Below are positions 37,024-50,601 of a stretch of DNA of 64,000 nt, in pieces. The translations under genes and the position numbers were made by a program. The stretch is from Azolla caroliniana (taxonomy: Eukaryota; Plantae; Polypodiophyta), in contig JBHGNT010000020.1 in assembly GCA_043228905.1 (NCBI GenBank), positions 10,974,001 through 11,038,000 of the forward strand. The letters are read 5' to 3'. Each line of letters begins with the position of its first letter. Within the stretch, counting starts at the first letter, position 1. The notes under the pieces were generated by a model. That model did no database searches. It was not told where the DNA came from and worked only from the letters and a program-made list of their open reading frames with translations.

Positions 37024-38952
37024 ATTTGGAGAAAGGCGGGAATCATCCATCTTTAGAAGATATTCAAGGCTTTAATAGATTAAGTAAGATTCAATATGAG
37101 AATCACAAAATCAATGAGTCACAATGAGAGTTTGTCTTGTATTTGTAAAATATATTGCATTTTCTCCCTTTAATATTGTTCACGATGCTAGGGTTCATGG
37201 GTTGTAAAAACACAAGGATGAAAAATAAGGACAATAAAGATTAATTTTCTCTTTGATTGTCACTTTTTCGCTAAAACCTAATGGGATATTACACACAATT
37301 CTTTTAATTATAATGAAGTTGAGTTGTTGCATTTGATGTGTTAGTTTTTATTAGTCAGAAATATTATAGCTTAGTGATTCCTAAATGAAGCATCCATAAA
37401 TTAAGTTCTATGAAAGACATGTCGGTCCATTCGAAGTACTAAGAGTAGATGATGTGCCATGATATGGTAGAAGGACAGATGTGGACATCACATGTGCAAT
37501 TGTTCAAGAGCGACTATAGATGCATGCATTGTTGATGAAAGTGAGTATTTCTTGACTTGGTGTAAGAACACCACATTGTATTCAAGGTGATTTGCCTTGT
37601 AGATACTAGAAGGTTGGACCATCACATATATTCAACAATGAAATAGTATGCTTATGTTAGAGATTGGTCAAATCATTTTTAATCGCATAGGAACTTTGAA
37701 GATGCGCATGGGGCCACATTTAATTTAAATTGCCACCACATTTTAGATGGAAAGGGTTGAGCATCAATGTCCTCCAAAGCAATTAATTAGGAGGTTTATT
37801 GCCTCATCTATTCAAAAATTGATGATTTTTGTTCGTTTGCCCTTTCTAAGTCAATGCATTGTAAAAGCTATAGGTTGGGAGTTTGACTTCATTTCACATT
37901 CTTGATAGGCAATAGATCCACCACTTTAAGTAAGGAGAAATTGGTGAAGTAATTCTTAATAAAATATCAATGGTATATTAGCTAAATATGTCTACTAACT
38001 AGCATTGTTTTTTATGGAAGTAATTCTCTCTTAGGTACTAATGACGAAAGGACAATTTTACATGCCTAGCACATTGCCTCTAATCAAGGAATGTAGTGAG
38101 AAACAATGTGTAAAAGCCAATGATTTGCACGTCTTCTTTCTTTTTTTCCTCCAAAACAATGATTTGCACCTCTTGCAAACCATTATGAGACAAAAGAAGA
38201 AATAGTATAAAGAACTATAAATATAGCACAATCTTCCTAAGGAGAGACTATTTCTAACTGGAAGTGGACAAGGTCATAACATTTTGTTTTTTCCAAGGCT
38301 TCACACACTACTTTTCAAATTAGGCTTTTGGAAACAACATATTGGGAGAGCCAAAAAGCTACTCTCGTAGCTAACCAATAATCAGATAAGGTTGACTTGA
38401 CATTTGGTAGCTCCAAATAAGATAAGACCAAGTCTTAGCAATTGTGTAACTGATCAAAACAAAGTTACTCTTCGAAACAAGTATTGCAAAGTGTAGAAAT
38501 CAAATACAAGCATTTAACATAAGTGATGGTTTAGCATTCATTACATGGAGGAATTTGAAGCCAAGGAAAGGCGACGACGGATGTCTGTCTTCGGAGCTAT
38601 TGGAAGTTAAAATTTGAGCCCAATAAAAGAGTGTGGAAGTGCGCGCACTGCCAATATCCTTATACACAATAGGTGAGAGACGAGGGGGGCGAATCCCAAG
38701 CCGACACTGGAGTGTGCAATAACGAGTGCATATAACGAAGCTGATAACGTGGTGGACTGTGAGCGAAGCACGATGGAGTTTAGGGTTTAAGGTTTAGGGT
38801 TCGATGATGAAACAACGGAACGAGGTGGACGAGAGGAGATCGGAGTGCGAGCGGTGGAGAGTCTTCTCTTCTTCTCATTCTCATTCTCATTCTCTTCTTT
38901 GGAGGAGGAGCCACATAAGAAGCCAGAAGAAAGACACTTAGACAAGACATAA

Positions 38953-39620
38953 AGAAGAAGAAGAAGAAGAAGAAGAAGAAGAATGTTAAATATCATAAAT
39001 AAATAAATAAATAGATAGATAGATAAATAAATAAATAAATAAATAAATAAGTGAATAAATAAGTGAATAAATAAATAAATAAGTGAATAAATAAGCAAAG
39101 AAGAAGAAGAAGAAGAAGAAGAAGAATGTTAAATATCATAAATAAATAGATAGATAAATAAATAAATAAGTGAATAAATAAGTAAATAAATAAGTGAATA
39201 AATAAATAAATAAGTGAATAAATAAGTAAATAAATAAGTGAATAAATAAATAAATAAGTGAATAAATAAGTGAATAAATAAATAAATAAGTGAATAAATA
39301 AGTAAATAAATAAGTGAATAAATAAATAAATAAGTGAATAAATAAGTAAATAAATAAGTGAATAAATAAATAAATAAATAAATAAGTGAATAAATAAGTA
39401 AATAAATAAGCAAATAAATAAGTGAATAAATAAATAAATAAATAAATAAATAAGTGAATAAATAAGTAAATAAATAAATAAATATGTGAATAAATAAATA
39501 AATAAATAAGTGAATAAATAAATAAATAAACAAATAAATAAGTGAATAAATAAGCAAATAAATAAGTGAATAAATAAATAAATAAATAAATAAATAAGTA
39601 AATAAATAGATAAATAAATA
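38953..39620. repeat. compound (AGA)n/(AAAT)n microsatellite
   Basis: AAAT runs interspersed with AAGT/GAAT; duplicated (AGA)n-ATGTTAAATATCAT block. Confidence 0.95.
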
Positions 39621-39999
39621 CTCTGTTTCTTCTTCTTCTTCAGCCCCATAGACTAAGTCTTAACGATCCAAACCTCTGACAGACAGACAGACAGAGAAGA
39701 CACAGAGAAGGAAGAAGTGCTTCCCCTTCCTCTGCTCCTGCGCTTCCTTCCCCATTTTCTCCCTGCCTCCTCTTCTCTTCCAAATTTCCCTCCTCTCTTT
39801 TTCATTTCGGTCTCTGAATCCTTCTCCCTCTTGCTTTTCTCATCCTTGGCCCTGTCAATTTGCTTTCCCTCTGCTCCCCCCCCCCCCCCCCCCCCCCCTT
39901 TCCCATTTAGTATTATTTTCTCTAGTTTGCATCTCTATAGATCTGACACTCTCTGATTTATCAAACCAGAACCTCTGATCTCTAAATTCTAACACACGA

Positions 40000-42900
40000 A
40001 TGGCTTTCTGCAACTTCTTCTGTTGGCCCGCAAGAGGCGAGCATTTGAATTCATTCGAGAACTCCCCGTTTGGTAATACGGGCCCTAATGCTAATGGTGG
40101 AGGTAAAAGCTTCTGTTTCTTACATATAACAAGAAACCTACTTTAAAACTAATCTGTGGCAGAAAAAGGCAATCTACAACCCAAAGTCAATTGTAGAACC
40201 CCCAAAGTCAATCTACAAGAAATCCCAATTTCTAATTTTGAATTCACAAATCTTTCTTTCTAGCATATCCCTAAATCTATTCTACAACCTCAAATGCCTT
40301 GATCCAGAAAATGATGGGTTGGAGTGAAATCTTTTATCCAGAGAATCAAAGATTGCCTATTTATTCTCTGCAAGAAAATATAGAATTGATCGCTAGAAAA
40401 TTCATGTTAGAAAAAAATATGAATGCCCTCAGATTCTAACCTATATGTGAAATTCTTCGAAGATCCTTAGAAAAAATATGAATGCCCTCAGATTCTAACT
40501 TATATGTGAAATTCTTCGAAGATCCTTAGAAAAAATATGAATGCCCTCAGATTCTAACTTATATGTGAAATTCTTCGAAGATCCTTAGAAAAAATATGAA
40601 TGCCCTCAGATTCTAACCTAAATGTGAAATTCTTTGAAGATCCCTACAAACTAACTCATACATATGACAATGGTTGTGAAGAAGGAAATCCACCAAACTA
40701 AGATGGTGCATATCTCTGTCAAAACAGAATGTATTAGTATTGTGACGGCCCTTATTATCAACCTATATATGACACCTTTGAAAGATCCTTAACATTTTAA
40801 TAAAAGATACGGGCAAATTTTTGAAGATGGAACCCATGCCTAACTAAGATGACATCATATTGGGAAAAAGTATTGATGGTTTGGATATGCAACCTAAGTG
40901 TAGATGTGTGTTCATGTAGCAGGTTATCCGGGAGTGCAAAGAGTCAATCCACCCACACAGAATCCCATTCAACAACCTCTACAACCTATTGAAGTACCTG
41001 TTATACCACTTGAAGAAGTACGAGCTGCAACTGAAAATTTTGGATCGAATACTCTAATCGGTGAAGGTTCTTATGGACGTGTTTATCTTGGCAAGCTGAA
41101 GAATGGACGTCAGGCGGCAATTAAAAAACTCGATGCTAGCAATCAACAAGACTCCGATAATGAATTCTTGTCTCAGGTTTTGTTTTCTTCGATCCAGTTG
41201 AATGGTTTCCTTATTCCGAACAATGAGACAATTAAGTAAATAGGTATAGAATTTAATAATTTTACATGTTATTTTTAGATTGTGGTGTGCTAATAATGTA
41301 ATTTGTAGATATCGAGAATTTCAAGGGTGAAAAATGAAAATGTTGTGGAGTTGCTGGGGTATTGCCTTTCCGGAGACAACCGAATATTGGCGTATGAATT
41401 TGCAACAATGGGCTCTCTACATGATATGCTGCATGGTAAAAAGAAAAAATCATTTCTGTAAACTTCTTTACCTAAAGAGAAATCATAACATATCTGAAGT
41501 GGGATCTATGTTGAATTTATTGGTTTGATTATATGATATTCGGATTCTGTTAAGAAGTGATATACACAGATTGAATAGGAAAATGGTGCATGTAACTTGT
41601 CACAGTTTGCAGTGGTAAGGAGTTTTTTAAATAGGCTTTGAAAATGTATGTTGCATAGAGAGTTTACACGTAGTTTCCCATAGATCTCATAATATTATAT
41701 CACATTTCTGAGGTGAAAACACATCGAAGGTCTTGAAATGCATGTGATATAAAGAGTTCACATACAGTGACACTCCTTAAAACTCGTTTGTTTTACTATA
41801 GTTGTGAATTGTGATCTCATAAATATTATATCATATTGACCAGGCAGGAAAGGCATCCAAGGTGCTCAACCAGGGCCTGTCCTCGATTGGATGCAACGCG
41901 TAAAGATTGCAGTGGGAGCCGCTAGGGGCTTAGAATACTTGCATGAGAAGATGCAGCCTTCAATTATCCACCGAGATATCCGTTCGAGCAATGTTCTACT
42001 CTTTGATGAATACGTTGCCAAAATCGCTGATTTCAACCCATCAAATCAAGCACCAGACATGGCTGCTCGCCTTCATTCGACTCGCGTTCTTGGAACCTTT
42101 GGTTACCATGCTCCAGAGTAAGGCATCACATTTCTCTTTCCATTCTTTGGGAAACTTAAATTGTATTCTTCTTTGGGGGAGAAATACTACAATATTATTG
42201 GGTCAGCGTGTCTTCAACATGTTTTCAAAATTGATGAGAATAGCCCTTTGTAGGATAGCTTTTTTCTCTTGCAGAATGATATTCTGTGTGCTAAAAGTGT
42301 ACCTCTTTGTATATGCTAAGCCAAAAATCTTTATCTTCAGGTATGCAATGACAGGACAGTTGACCCAGAAGAGCGATGTCTATAGCTTTGGAGTAGTCTT
42401 GTTGGAGTTATTGACTGGAAGAAAGCCAGTAGACCACACACAACCAAGGGGTCAACAAAGTTTGGTTACCTGGGTGAGATTACTTTCACATTATACAAAC
42501 ATATGCATACTTATAGGTTATGTATGTATTTACCTATGTGATTGACTATCACAATGAGAATGTTTCCTTAGCAATCTTTTGTAAATGGGCAGGCAACTCC
42601 AAGATTGAGTGAAGACAAAGTGAAGCAATGTATTGATCCTAAGCTTCCAACAGACTATCCAATCAAAGCAGTTGCAAAGGTACAATTAGTCTGTCTCTAG
42701 TATGCACGAACTTTATGAAATCCTTAACCTCTGTTCACAGTCAAGTAGTTCTGCTTTGCACTGTAAGAATAGCATGTCCACTAGTTTACTTAGCATTCAT
42801 GCTCTTCTAACTAGTAAAAGAAAATATGTAGAAGCTAATTATGCTCTTCTTTTCTCTCCGGGTGATTACTAACTTCGAGTCTCAATACAAAGAATGGAAA

Positions 42901-43636
42901 ATGAGTTTTCGTTGTTTCTTAAATTCCATTAGATAACATTTGAAGATCATTACCAAATTATGCTCGAATGTTTTTTTATTCCCACCTGCTTTTTAACTTT
43001 CCATTACTTTCCGAAATGCCGTAGGTAAATTCACATTTATAAGGTTGCATTTGGGGAAATAAAAAAAACGTATGGGGCATTTGAGAAGATAAATAAAAAC
43101 ACGGAAGTATTTTAGAGTTTTCCCTGGAATCTGTTGTGTGTTTACAGATTATATAAAAGAAAGTTGTAATTAATTCTATTTAAGAAAACGATTTCAACAC
43201 TAGCTTATACTTGGATATGCTCATGTTTTTGATAAATTGGTGGGCAGGCTAGGCTGGTATAAATAGGATTCTCTTTAGTGTCTGTTGGTTAATTCTGCAG
43301 GAGAGAATGAAAACTTGGGGCCATTTTAGGGAACTAAAGAATAGCTCAGGAGGTATCAGGAATTGTTTGCTCCGAAGAAATGAAACAATAAAGTTTGTGT
43401 AGTAAAGAAAACTCTAAACCCTAATTAATATGCTTCCAAACAACAACTAAAAACTTTGATCGAATGTTGGATTAAAATAGAAAAGAGCATTAACGCGATG
43501 TTTTGATTGGATGTAGATGGCAGCTGTAGCAGCCCTTTGTGTTCAATATGAAGCTGATTTCCGACCAAATATGAGTATTGTTGTGAAGGCTTTGCAAGCA
43601 TTACTTACTCCTCGATCAACTACTGTCCCAACTTGA
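40000..43636 (+). CDS. PTI1: Pto-interacting protein 1-like cytoplasmic kinase, 7 exons (40000-40102, 40920/40923-41176, 41309-41435, 41844-42117, 42341-42473, 42593-42679, 43517-43636)
   Basis: [106 protein letters not shown]; in-phase GT-AG introns. Confidence 0.96.
40407..40643 (+). repeat. ~59-bp tandem repeat x4 in PTI1 intron 1
   Basis: TTAGAAAAAATATGAATGCCCTCAGATTCTAACTTATATGTGAAATTCTTCGAAGATCC repeated. Confidence 0.95.
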
Positions 43637-45422
43637 TGTACTTCTGTTTCATCTTTGTTTTCTCTTATTCTTTCAGAGAAGTAAGTGATCTACGTTTCTC
43701 TTTCAATACACAATCACACCCCAAAATATCCCTTTTGTTTTGGATATGACACGATACCTCTCGGTTTCCAAATATTCACGAGAATACCACGTGGTCATCA
43801 AACATTTGCCAGAATACACTTGGTTATCTAACGTTTTCCAGAATACTTCTCGATCTTCAAGCATTTACCACCCCTCAGTTCTCAAACATTTTCCACTAGA
43901 TAGTATGCTCAAGTAATATTTTGGAAACTGAGCGGTATTTGATGCCTTTCCCCTTATGATTGCAATGAAAAAAACATGTCCCCAGGAGAATCTAGAACTG
44001 ATATTTTCAACAAATTTTCTATTTGTACTAGATGCTCTATCAGGTTGTGGAAGGTTGCAGAAACACTGGGAATAGCCAAGGGTGATCAATTTCTCAAGCT
44101 CAAGATACACAGTTATTTCCTTGCCAATGTTGTATTTTGTAACAATCCATATTGAGTTCGTGGCATAATCCATTCACCAATTGAAAAACAAATCATAGAG
44201 ATCTTTGCCATGGATTTGGAACCCGAATACATTTTAAGTGGGTTTATTTTTTTATTTTTTTGTGCTCCATACTACATTTGTTTTGGTTTATTTTGAAAGA
44301 TAACTATTTAATAAACTCCTGCTGCCGTCTCGAAAGATGGATCTTGCTAATTGAGCATGTTCTTCGAATCGGTATGCTAGGAAGGAATGCACATATTTTT
44401 ATTTATTTAAAACTTCTGTCCAGAAAATCCTTTTGTGGGTGCAAGTATTGGTTTGTTATGGAATTGCTTTGTTTTTGTGCAAGGAAAAGTTTCTCATCAT
44501 GTTATTAGTTCAATTTCTCATCATCTTGCCTTAACAAAGCACACAATTATCCAATTTTTGATTGAAATAGTACCTGGGCAAATCTCATATGTAGCATGTA
44601 TCTAAACATTGTAATGTTTCTCTATTGCTCTTTCATATCATGCACATGGATTTCCAAATTGTTTGGAGACCAGCAAGGTTCACCAGCTGCACATGATGGT
44701 CATTGCTTAAACAGCCATTTATTTGAAATGATTTTTTAACATTGGTGATGCTCTTGTGCTAGCTTGAAAGCTTGTCAATTTCACCTGTTTTAAAAGACCT
44801 TATTCATTAAGAAAATCTCTTGGCTTGAAATATATGCTTGTTCTATATATCATGGCAAAGTTATAATAAGCAATCGACACTAAAGAGAATGAGGGTGTAG
44901 AATATGTTTCCTATATGGGGATTTGCAATGCAAACCATGGAATCAATTGGTTGCACATGAAAAATACACCTCCATTTTATGACTATGGTTGCTTCTTATA
45001 GGGAGGGGAGGGGGTTTGATAACCAATGTCTAACCAAATAATGTGAACTGAAAGCAGTCGTAATAAGGTGTTACCATACAGCTATGCATACCTTTCAGTC
45101 GTCTCATGAAAATGGAGAGTTAACACATAACACATTAATTTGACTTTCCATGAAGTTTGAGGGCACATTTGTTTCAATAAAAGAAGTGTTGATTTGTCAT
45201 GCATGAAGCCTCTTTCAATAGACCCTTCCATGGGAAATATATGTTTTATTTATGTGGCTTTGAAATGACAACAAACAGGGTTCTGATCATGGTGATCAGT
45301 GGCGAGCTTTTGCGGGCCGAAAGTGTGCAATGGTGGGGGGGAGCATGTTCGTGCTCCGAAGAAGAATCAAGAAAGCCATCGATAAGAAGTGAGGGTTTTG
45401 TCCACCCAAGTGTGAGAGGGCA

Positions 45423-46252
45423 CCCAAAAGAACCATCATATTACCAAAAGGACCCATCCATATACATATATGTATCTATATCTAAATCTTTGGAAGACCC
45501 ATCTATTATCCATGGCTACCATCATAATATTATTGCAAGGACCCATCTTATGTATCTATAGCCCTGTTCAGACCCAATGGAGAGGACTCATCATCATCAT
45601 CTATGGCTACCCTCATATTTACATGTTACCCAAAGACCCATCTATGTATATCTAACACCTCCCTCAGAGCCAAAGGAAAGGACTCATCACCATCATTCAT
45701 GTATTACCCAAAGACCCATCTATGTATGTATCTATAGCTCTGTTCAGAGCCAATAGGAGAGAACTCATCATCATCATCATCAATGGCTACCCTCATATTA
45801 TTATAACCAAAGAAGACCCATCTTTGTATCTACATCTCTGTCAGAGCCAAAGGAAAGGACTCATCATCATCATCATCATCTATGGCTACCCTCACATTAT
45901 TACCCAAAGACCCATCAATGTATCTAAATCTCTGGGAGAGCCAAGGGAAAAGGACTAATCATCATCCATGGCTACCCTCACATTATCACCCAAAGACCCA
46001 TCTGTGTATCTACATCTCTGTCAGAGCCAAAGGAAAGGACTCATCATCATCAGCCATGGCTATCCTCACTTTATTACCCAAAGATCCATCCATGTATCTA
46101 CTTCTCTGTCAGAACCAAGGGAAAGGACTCATCATCATCATCAGCCATGGCTTTCCTCACATTATTACCCAAAGACCCATCTATGTATCTACATCTCTGT
46201 CAGAGCCAAGGGAAAGGACTCATCATCATCATCATCAGCCATGGCTACCCAC
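45423..46252 (+). repeat. ~85-95-bp tandem repeat, about 9-10 copies, with variable (CAT)n
   Basis: unit CCCAAAGACCCATCTATGTATCTACATCTCTGTCAGAGCCAAAGGAAAGGACT(CAT)nCAGCCATGGCTACCCTCACATTATTA. Confidence 0.95.
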
Positions 46253-47380
46253 ACTGTTGGCAAGATCTCCATTTTCTGGGATCTTGACAACAAACCTCCT
46301 AGGTATCCTCCTCATCAAGTAGCCCTCAATCTCAAGGCCACCGCCGCCGAGTTCGGGCCAATCGTAGATCTGTTTGCCTTTGCAAACCTCCACGCTTTCC
46401 GACATGTCCCAAGATGGTCTTCCCCAAACCCTAATTCCTCCATCAACCGTAATTTCGACCCTCATACCCCCACAAGCCCTAACTTTCTGCCGAACCCGGG
46501 CTTTCTGATTAACCCCGATTTACAGAAAAACCCTAATCAAAACTCAAATTTCCCCGGGGACCCAGAATCTTACACCGCATCCCAAAATTCTTCATGTACA
46601 AACCCTATTTCTTCCTCTGCAAGCCCTAATTTCTTGGCGGAATTAAGTTGTTCCACTCACAAAACAAACCCTGGTCTTAGCCTTAACTTTCTGATTTGCC
46701 CTCTATGTGGTTTGACATTCACTGAAAAATCGCAGCTTAAGAGGCATAGAAGATTTCATCACAATGGAGAAAGAGGACATAAAGCAGCAACTTTAGCTGG
46801 ATATGGCTTAGGCTTAGAGCTACTAAGGGCAGGTTTCTGTGTAAAAACTGTAGATATGAAATCTCAAGCTGCAGATAGAGCTATGAAAAAGCAAATAAAA
46901 CACTCTATAGAGAATGGATTGAATTGGATTTGCATCGTTTCGGATGATTCAGGGTTTGCCGAGATTCTTAGACGGGGTCGAGAGAAAGGGATAGGGATTA
47001 TTTCCATAGGAGATACCTCTTCCCTACGAATTTGTTCAGATTTTTGGTTCCCTTGGGACGATGTTGCTCAAGGTAAACTATGTGGTTCTTATGAATGTGA
47101 TTCATTCGAATTTGGTTCATATGGAGATGGTTGTATAGTTGGATGTGGCAATAAGAAAGTCCCTAAATTGGGTGAAGGCAAGAAGATTTTCGTCACACCC
47201 TGTCAAACTAAGATTAATGCCGCTCAAATCAGCAACGACAAGAATGCTGCTCAATTTACCAAACCTAAAAGTGCCACCAAATTCAGCAAAACCAATAAAT
47301 ATAGGGCATTCTATGATTTCTCGTCAGATTTTTCATCCGAGGAAGAGGAAGATGAAGAACCAGAATTAGGATCTATCTAA
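46241..47380 (+). CDS. NYN-domain (PIN-like) / C2H2 zinc-finger protein, single coding exon
   Basis: IFWDLDNKPP..FAFAN.HAF; CPLCGLTFTEKSQLKRHRRFHH; GYGLGLELLRAGF.V.TV..KSQAAD; CIVSDDSGF; the frame is also open upstream to 45968 within the repeat. Confidence 0.85.
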   Translation: MATHTVGKISIFWDLDNKPPRYPPHQVALNLKATAAEFGPIVDLFAFANLHAFRHVPRWSSPNPNSSINRNFDPHTPTSPNFLPNPGFLINPDLQKNPNQNSNFPGDPESYTASQNSSCTNPISSSASPNFLAELSCSTHKTNPGLSLNFLICPLCGLTFTEKSQLKRHRRFHHNGERGHKAATLAGYGLGLELLRAGFCVKTVDMKSQAADRAMKKQIKHSIENGLNWICIVSDDSGFAEILRRGREKGIGIISIGDTSSLRICSDFWFPWDDVAQGKLCGSYECDSFEFGSYGDGCIVGCGNKKVPKLGEGKKIFVTPCQTKINAAQISNDKNAAQFTKPKSATKFSKTNKYRAFYDFSSDFSSEEEEDEEPELGSI

Positions 47381-48410
47381 GGTATGCATCTACATATGAC
47401 AATGTATGTATCCAGAGAATTGAATGTGATGTTGCATTTGGAAAATGGTATCTAACATTTGAATGATGCTGCACTTGGAAGATGGGGTTCAAATTTATAG
47501 CATTATGCAAAATGGAAACATCCATCGAGGATGTGAAGAGAACACTGTAGGTTTTGCAAACCCCAATAAACATTAGTGTGTTGTTTGATTTCTATGTTGG
47601 ATTTCTTGTCTGATGTAAAAGAAAAAGGAAGAACAAGAAGTGGCGCCCATATAAGCTATTCATGTACTTGTGGTATTGTGTCTACCCTTGGGATGATACT
47701 GCATAATGTGGTTCGTATATATATTTATTATGCATATCCTTGAGTAAGATGGATGTGGCCAACATGTGTCCATATTTGGCAAGTTTCAAATAAACACAAT
47801 ATTTTCTTGGAGGAAAAAGAAAATGAGGGGCAAGTATATCCAATTGATTTCATCGAACATATGGAGCTCTCATATCCAAACCATGAAAGATATGTGTAAG
47901 AGAGTTTCACGGGGTTGGGACAAAGAAAATCTTTTGAGAGTAAGAAAGTCTGTTGCATTAGCGGTGCAGACATGCGGAAACATCAGTCTCAGAACAGTAA
48001 TGCCACCGTTGAACTTCAAAAATATTTACTATTGCCATTGCCATTGCCATTGCTCTTGTAGAGACCATCCATTACTAAGATGAACCTCCTGGGACACAGG
48101 ACTTTTTCTAAAGGCTATTACATTCCTGATGCCATTATTGGTATCTGTGAAGGTGCCAACTATGTGAGTAGGTTCTTGCAAAACATGTTTTCTCTTCAAA
48201 ATAGATTTTTACAAGGGTTACAATAGAATATCTCCAGATGCAATGGCGATTCACAGATTTCTGAAGTCTCTATACACAACAAAATGTAGGCTGTCTGGTT
48301 TCCCTGGCCATTCCACCCTGTCTATCCCGGATATCTTTCTAAGTTGTACACACAAAATGCACAATCAACGACTTTGGCATTTCAAAAAAAAGATGAAAAG
48401 ATATGGGGTG

Positions 48411-48610
48411 AGCTTGTTGAGTTTAGAGTGGCCTCACAAACTCTGTGCAATGTCATATGTTGCAAGCTTGTTGAGTTTAGATTGGCCTCACAAACTCTGT
48501 CTAATGTCATATGTTGCAAGCTTGTTGAGTTTAGAGTGGCCTCTCAAACTCCTTCCAACCTCATACGGGGGTGGGTTAGATTGTTTGAGTCTAGAGTTAC
48601 CTCTCAAACG
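48411..48610 (+). repeat. ~54-bp tandem repeat, 3-4 copies
   Basis: AGCTTGTTGAGTTTAGAGTGGCCTCACAAACTCTGT..AATGTCATATGTTGCA repeated. Confidence 0.9.
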
Positions 48611-50601
48611 TCTATCCCATCAGACTAGTTATGGATTTTGTCCTCGACAACACCCTAAGAGCTTGTCCAAACTGGGATCTCCACTATTCAAATTCAGGTC
48701 TTCAATGAGCTTGTCCAACCAAAGTCTCAAACATGAAAAATTTGTCCCTAATCACACATGTTAGCTTTTCTGGCTTTCACAAGATTGTTAGTTTGAAGAG
48801 GATAATAGATTTGGCTCATTGCAAAAAGATCAGAGACCGATTTCATTTTGTTTTCTTTGTATTCAACTCACCCTACCGGTAAGCTATTAGACTACCAAGT
48901 ATCATACATTTTTGGTCACGCAAGTGTAGACCCTTTTCTAGCTTTCATCAGATTTTGGGTTTGGAAAGGATAATAAATTGGATCAGTCTAGTGGTAGTCT
49001 ATTAGACAGCAAAACAAGGCCTTGGGCCCAAAGTTCAACCAATATACTTTCCCTAATTTACACAGATTTTCCATATTTTACTGGACAACCTTACAAATTG
49101 AGCTACAATTGTCAGGGTAGACCTAATCTACTTAATTTCACCAATAATATTTTCCCTAATTTAGACAACCTTACCAATTGAGCTACAACTGTCAGGGTAG
49201 ACCAAATCCACTTGACTTTACCAATAAGGATGATGAATGATGTACCAAAACATATTTCCATTTCAAGAATACCATGAGGTCAACAAAAGGTCTACAACCT
49301 TAGCAATCTTCGAATGACTATCAAGTGACATCCTCAGCTTGAAGGCCTATCTCTCTTGTATTGTTTGTATATTTTTGTTCCTGAACTTGATAAATTCAGA
49401 AATCTCTGATTTATGACAATAGTTGCTAGTATGACGTAATCTTATAAGCCATGTCTGGTGCCTGCTTGAAAATGTCTCTGTTTCTTTTCGGTAGTATGTA
49501 TTCGCATTAAAAAGTTATTCATAAAATGGATTCCCAGGGAGATACTTATGTGAGCATTTGATGCGGTATTAGTTTATTGTTGGAAGATGCACAAACTTTG
49601 ATGATTAGTGAAGATTGAAATGAAGAAAAACCTAAACTTTGTAGGAATTGCCATGTCTCACATATATTAAATATTTCCTGAAACAAATATGAATATGATG
49701 GAAGATATGCTTAGTATTTTCAACCATTTTTTACTGTTCGTGTGCTATGATATTTGTTTCAGTGTGGGTTAACATGATTGTACATCGACAATTAATAATA
49801 CAGAAAGCATTACACGATTAGAACACAGCAGGTTGATTATTTCTCATAACAATTAAGCATTTATCATTGTGGTTGATTAAGTTAATCAGTTTAGAGTTAG
49901 GGTTTGACACGTCCAAGCTGGATATTCATATGTTAATCATAACAATAAAAGTTTTGAAGAGTGGACATACAATTATAGAGCACAGCAGATTGATTATATC
50001 TTGTAACAATTATGCATCTAACATATGGTTGAATCTAAACGGCTACATCATTAAGTTAATCAGTTTAGGGTTAGGGTTTGACATGTGCAAGTTGGATTTC
50101 ATCATAACAATAAAAGTTTTGAAGAGTGGACGTACAATTATGTTATGGGATGGACACTACACACATAACAAATAATAGATAGCTCCATTGGTTCAACTGA
50201 CATCTGCTCAATAAAGTAATCTGACAAATAATCGTTCATTTTTTTTATTCTTATACAGAATTGGAACTCATTCAAGTACTCAGTTTCAAAGTAAACAACA
50301 TCAAGACTATAATGGATTGATGAGAATGGATTTCATTGATAAAAACAACAAATAAACATAACATAGAGGAGAGCAGTATTAGATCTCTCATTGCTGAGCC
50401 TAGCCATTTTACTCTTGCCATTAATGAGAAGCTTGTGAATTGGTTTTTTGTCACATTAACCAATCATTAATGAGATGCACCTTGCAGTGCTATCTTCACA
50501 AATTACCGGACAAAAGAAAAAAGGAAAGAACATAAAATAAAAAATTGAAAGGGGTCAAAATGCGAGTGATATGTGTTTTTTAAAGCTGGTCTCTAACTAA
50601 A

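Noticed and set aside
37380-38600. possible highly decayed transposase-like coding sequence (also 55950-57400)
   Set aside because: no open frame or diagnostic motif that I can support by eye; needs tBLASTn
38787-39649. hydrophobic membrane-protein-like ORFs (LFIY repeats)
   Set aside because: translation of an (AAAT)n microsatellite
40407-40643. CRISPR-like repeat
   Set aside because: head-to-tail intronic minisatellite without spacers
42020-42045. kinase DFG replaced by DFN, suggesting a pseudokinase
   Set aside because: DFD/DFN is normal for the PTI1 family; catalytic Lys and HRD are intact
45423-46252. CRISPR-like array next to a nuclease gene
   Set aside because: units are contiguous tandem copies with no unique spacers; eukaryotic context; no cas genes
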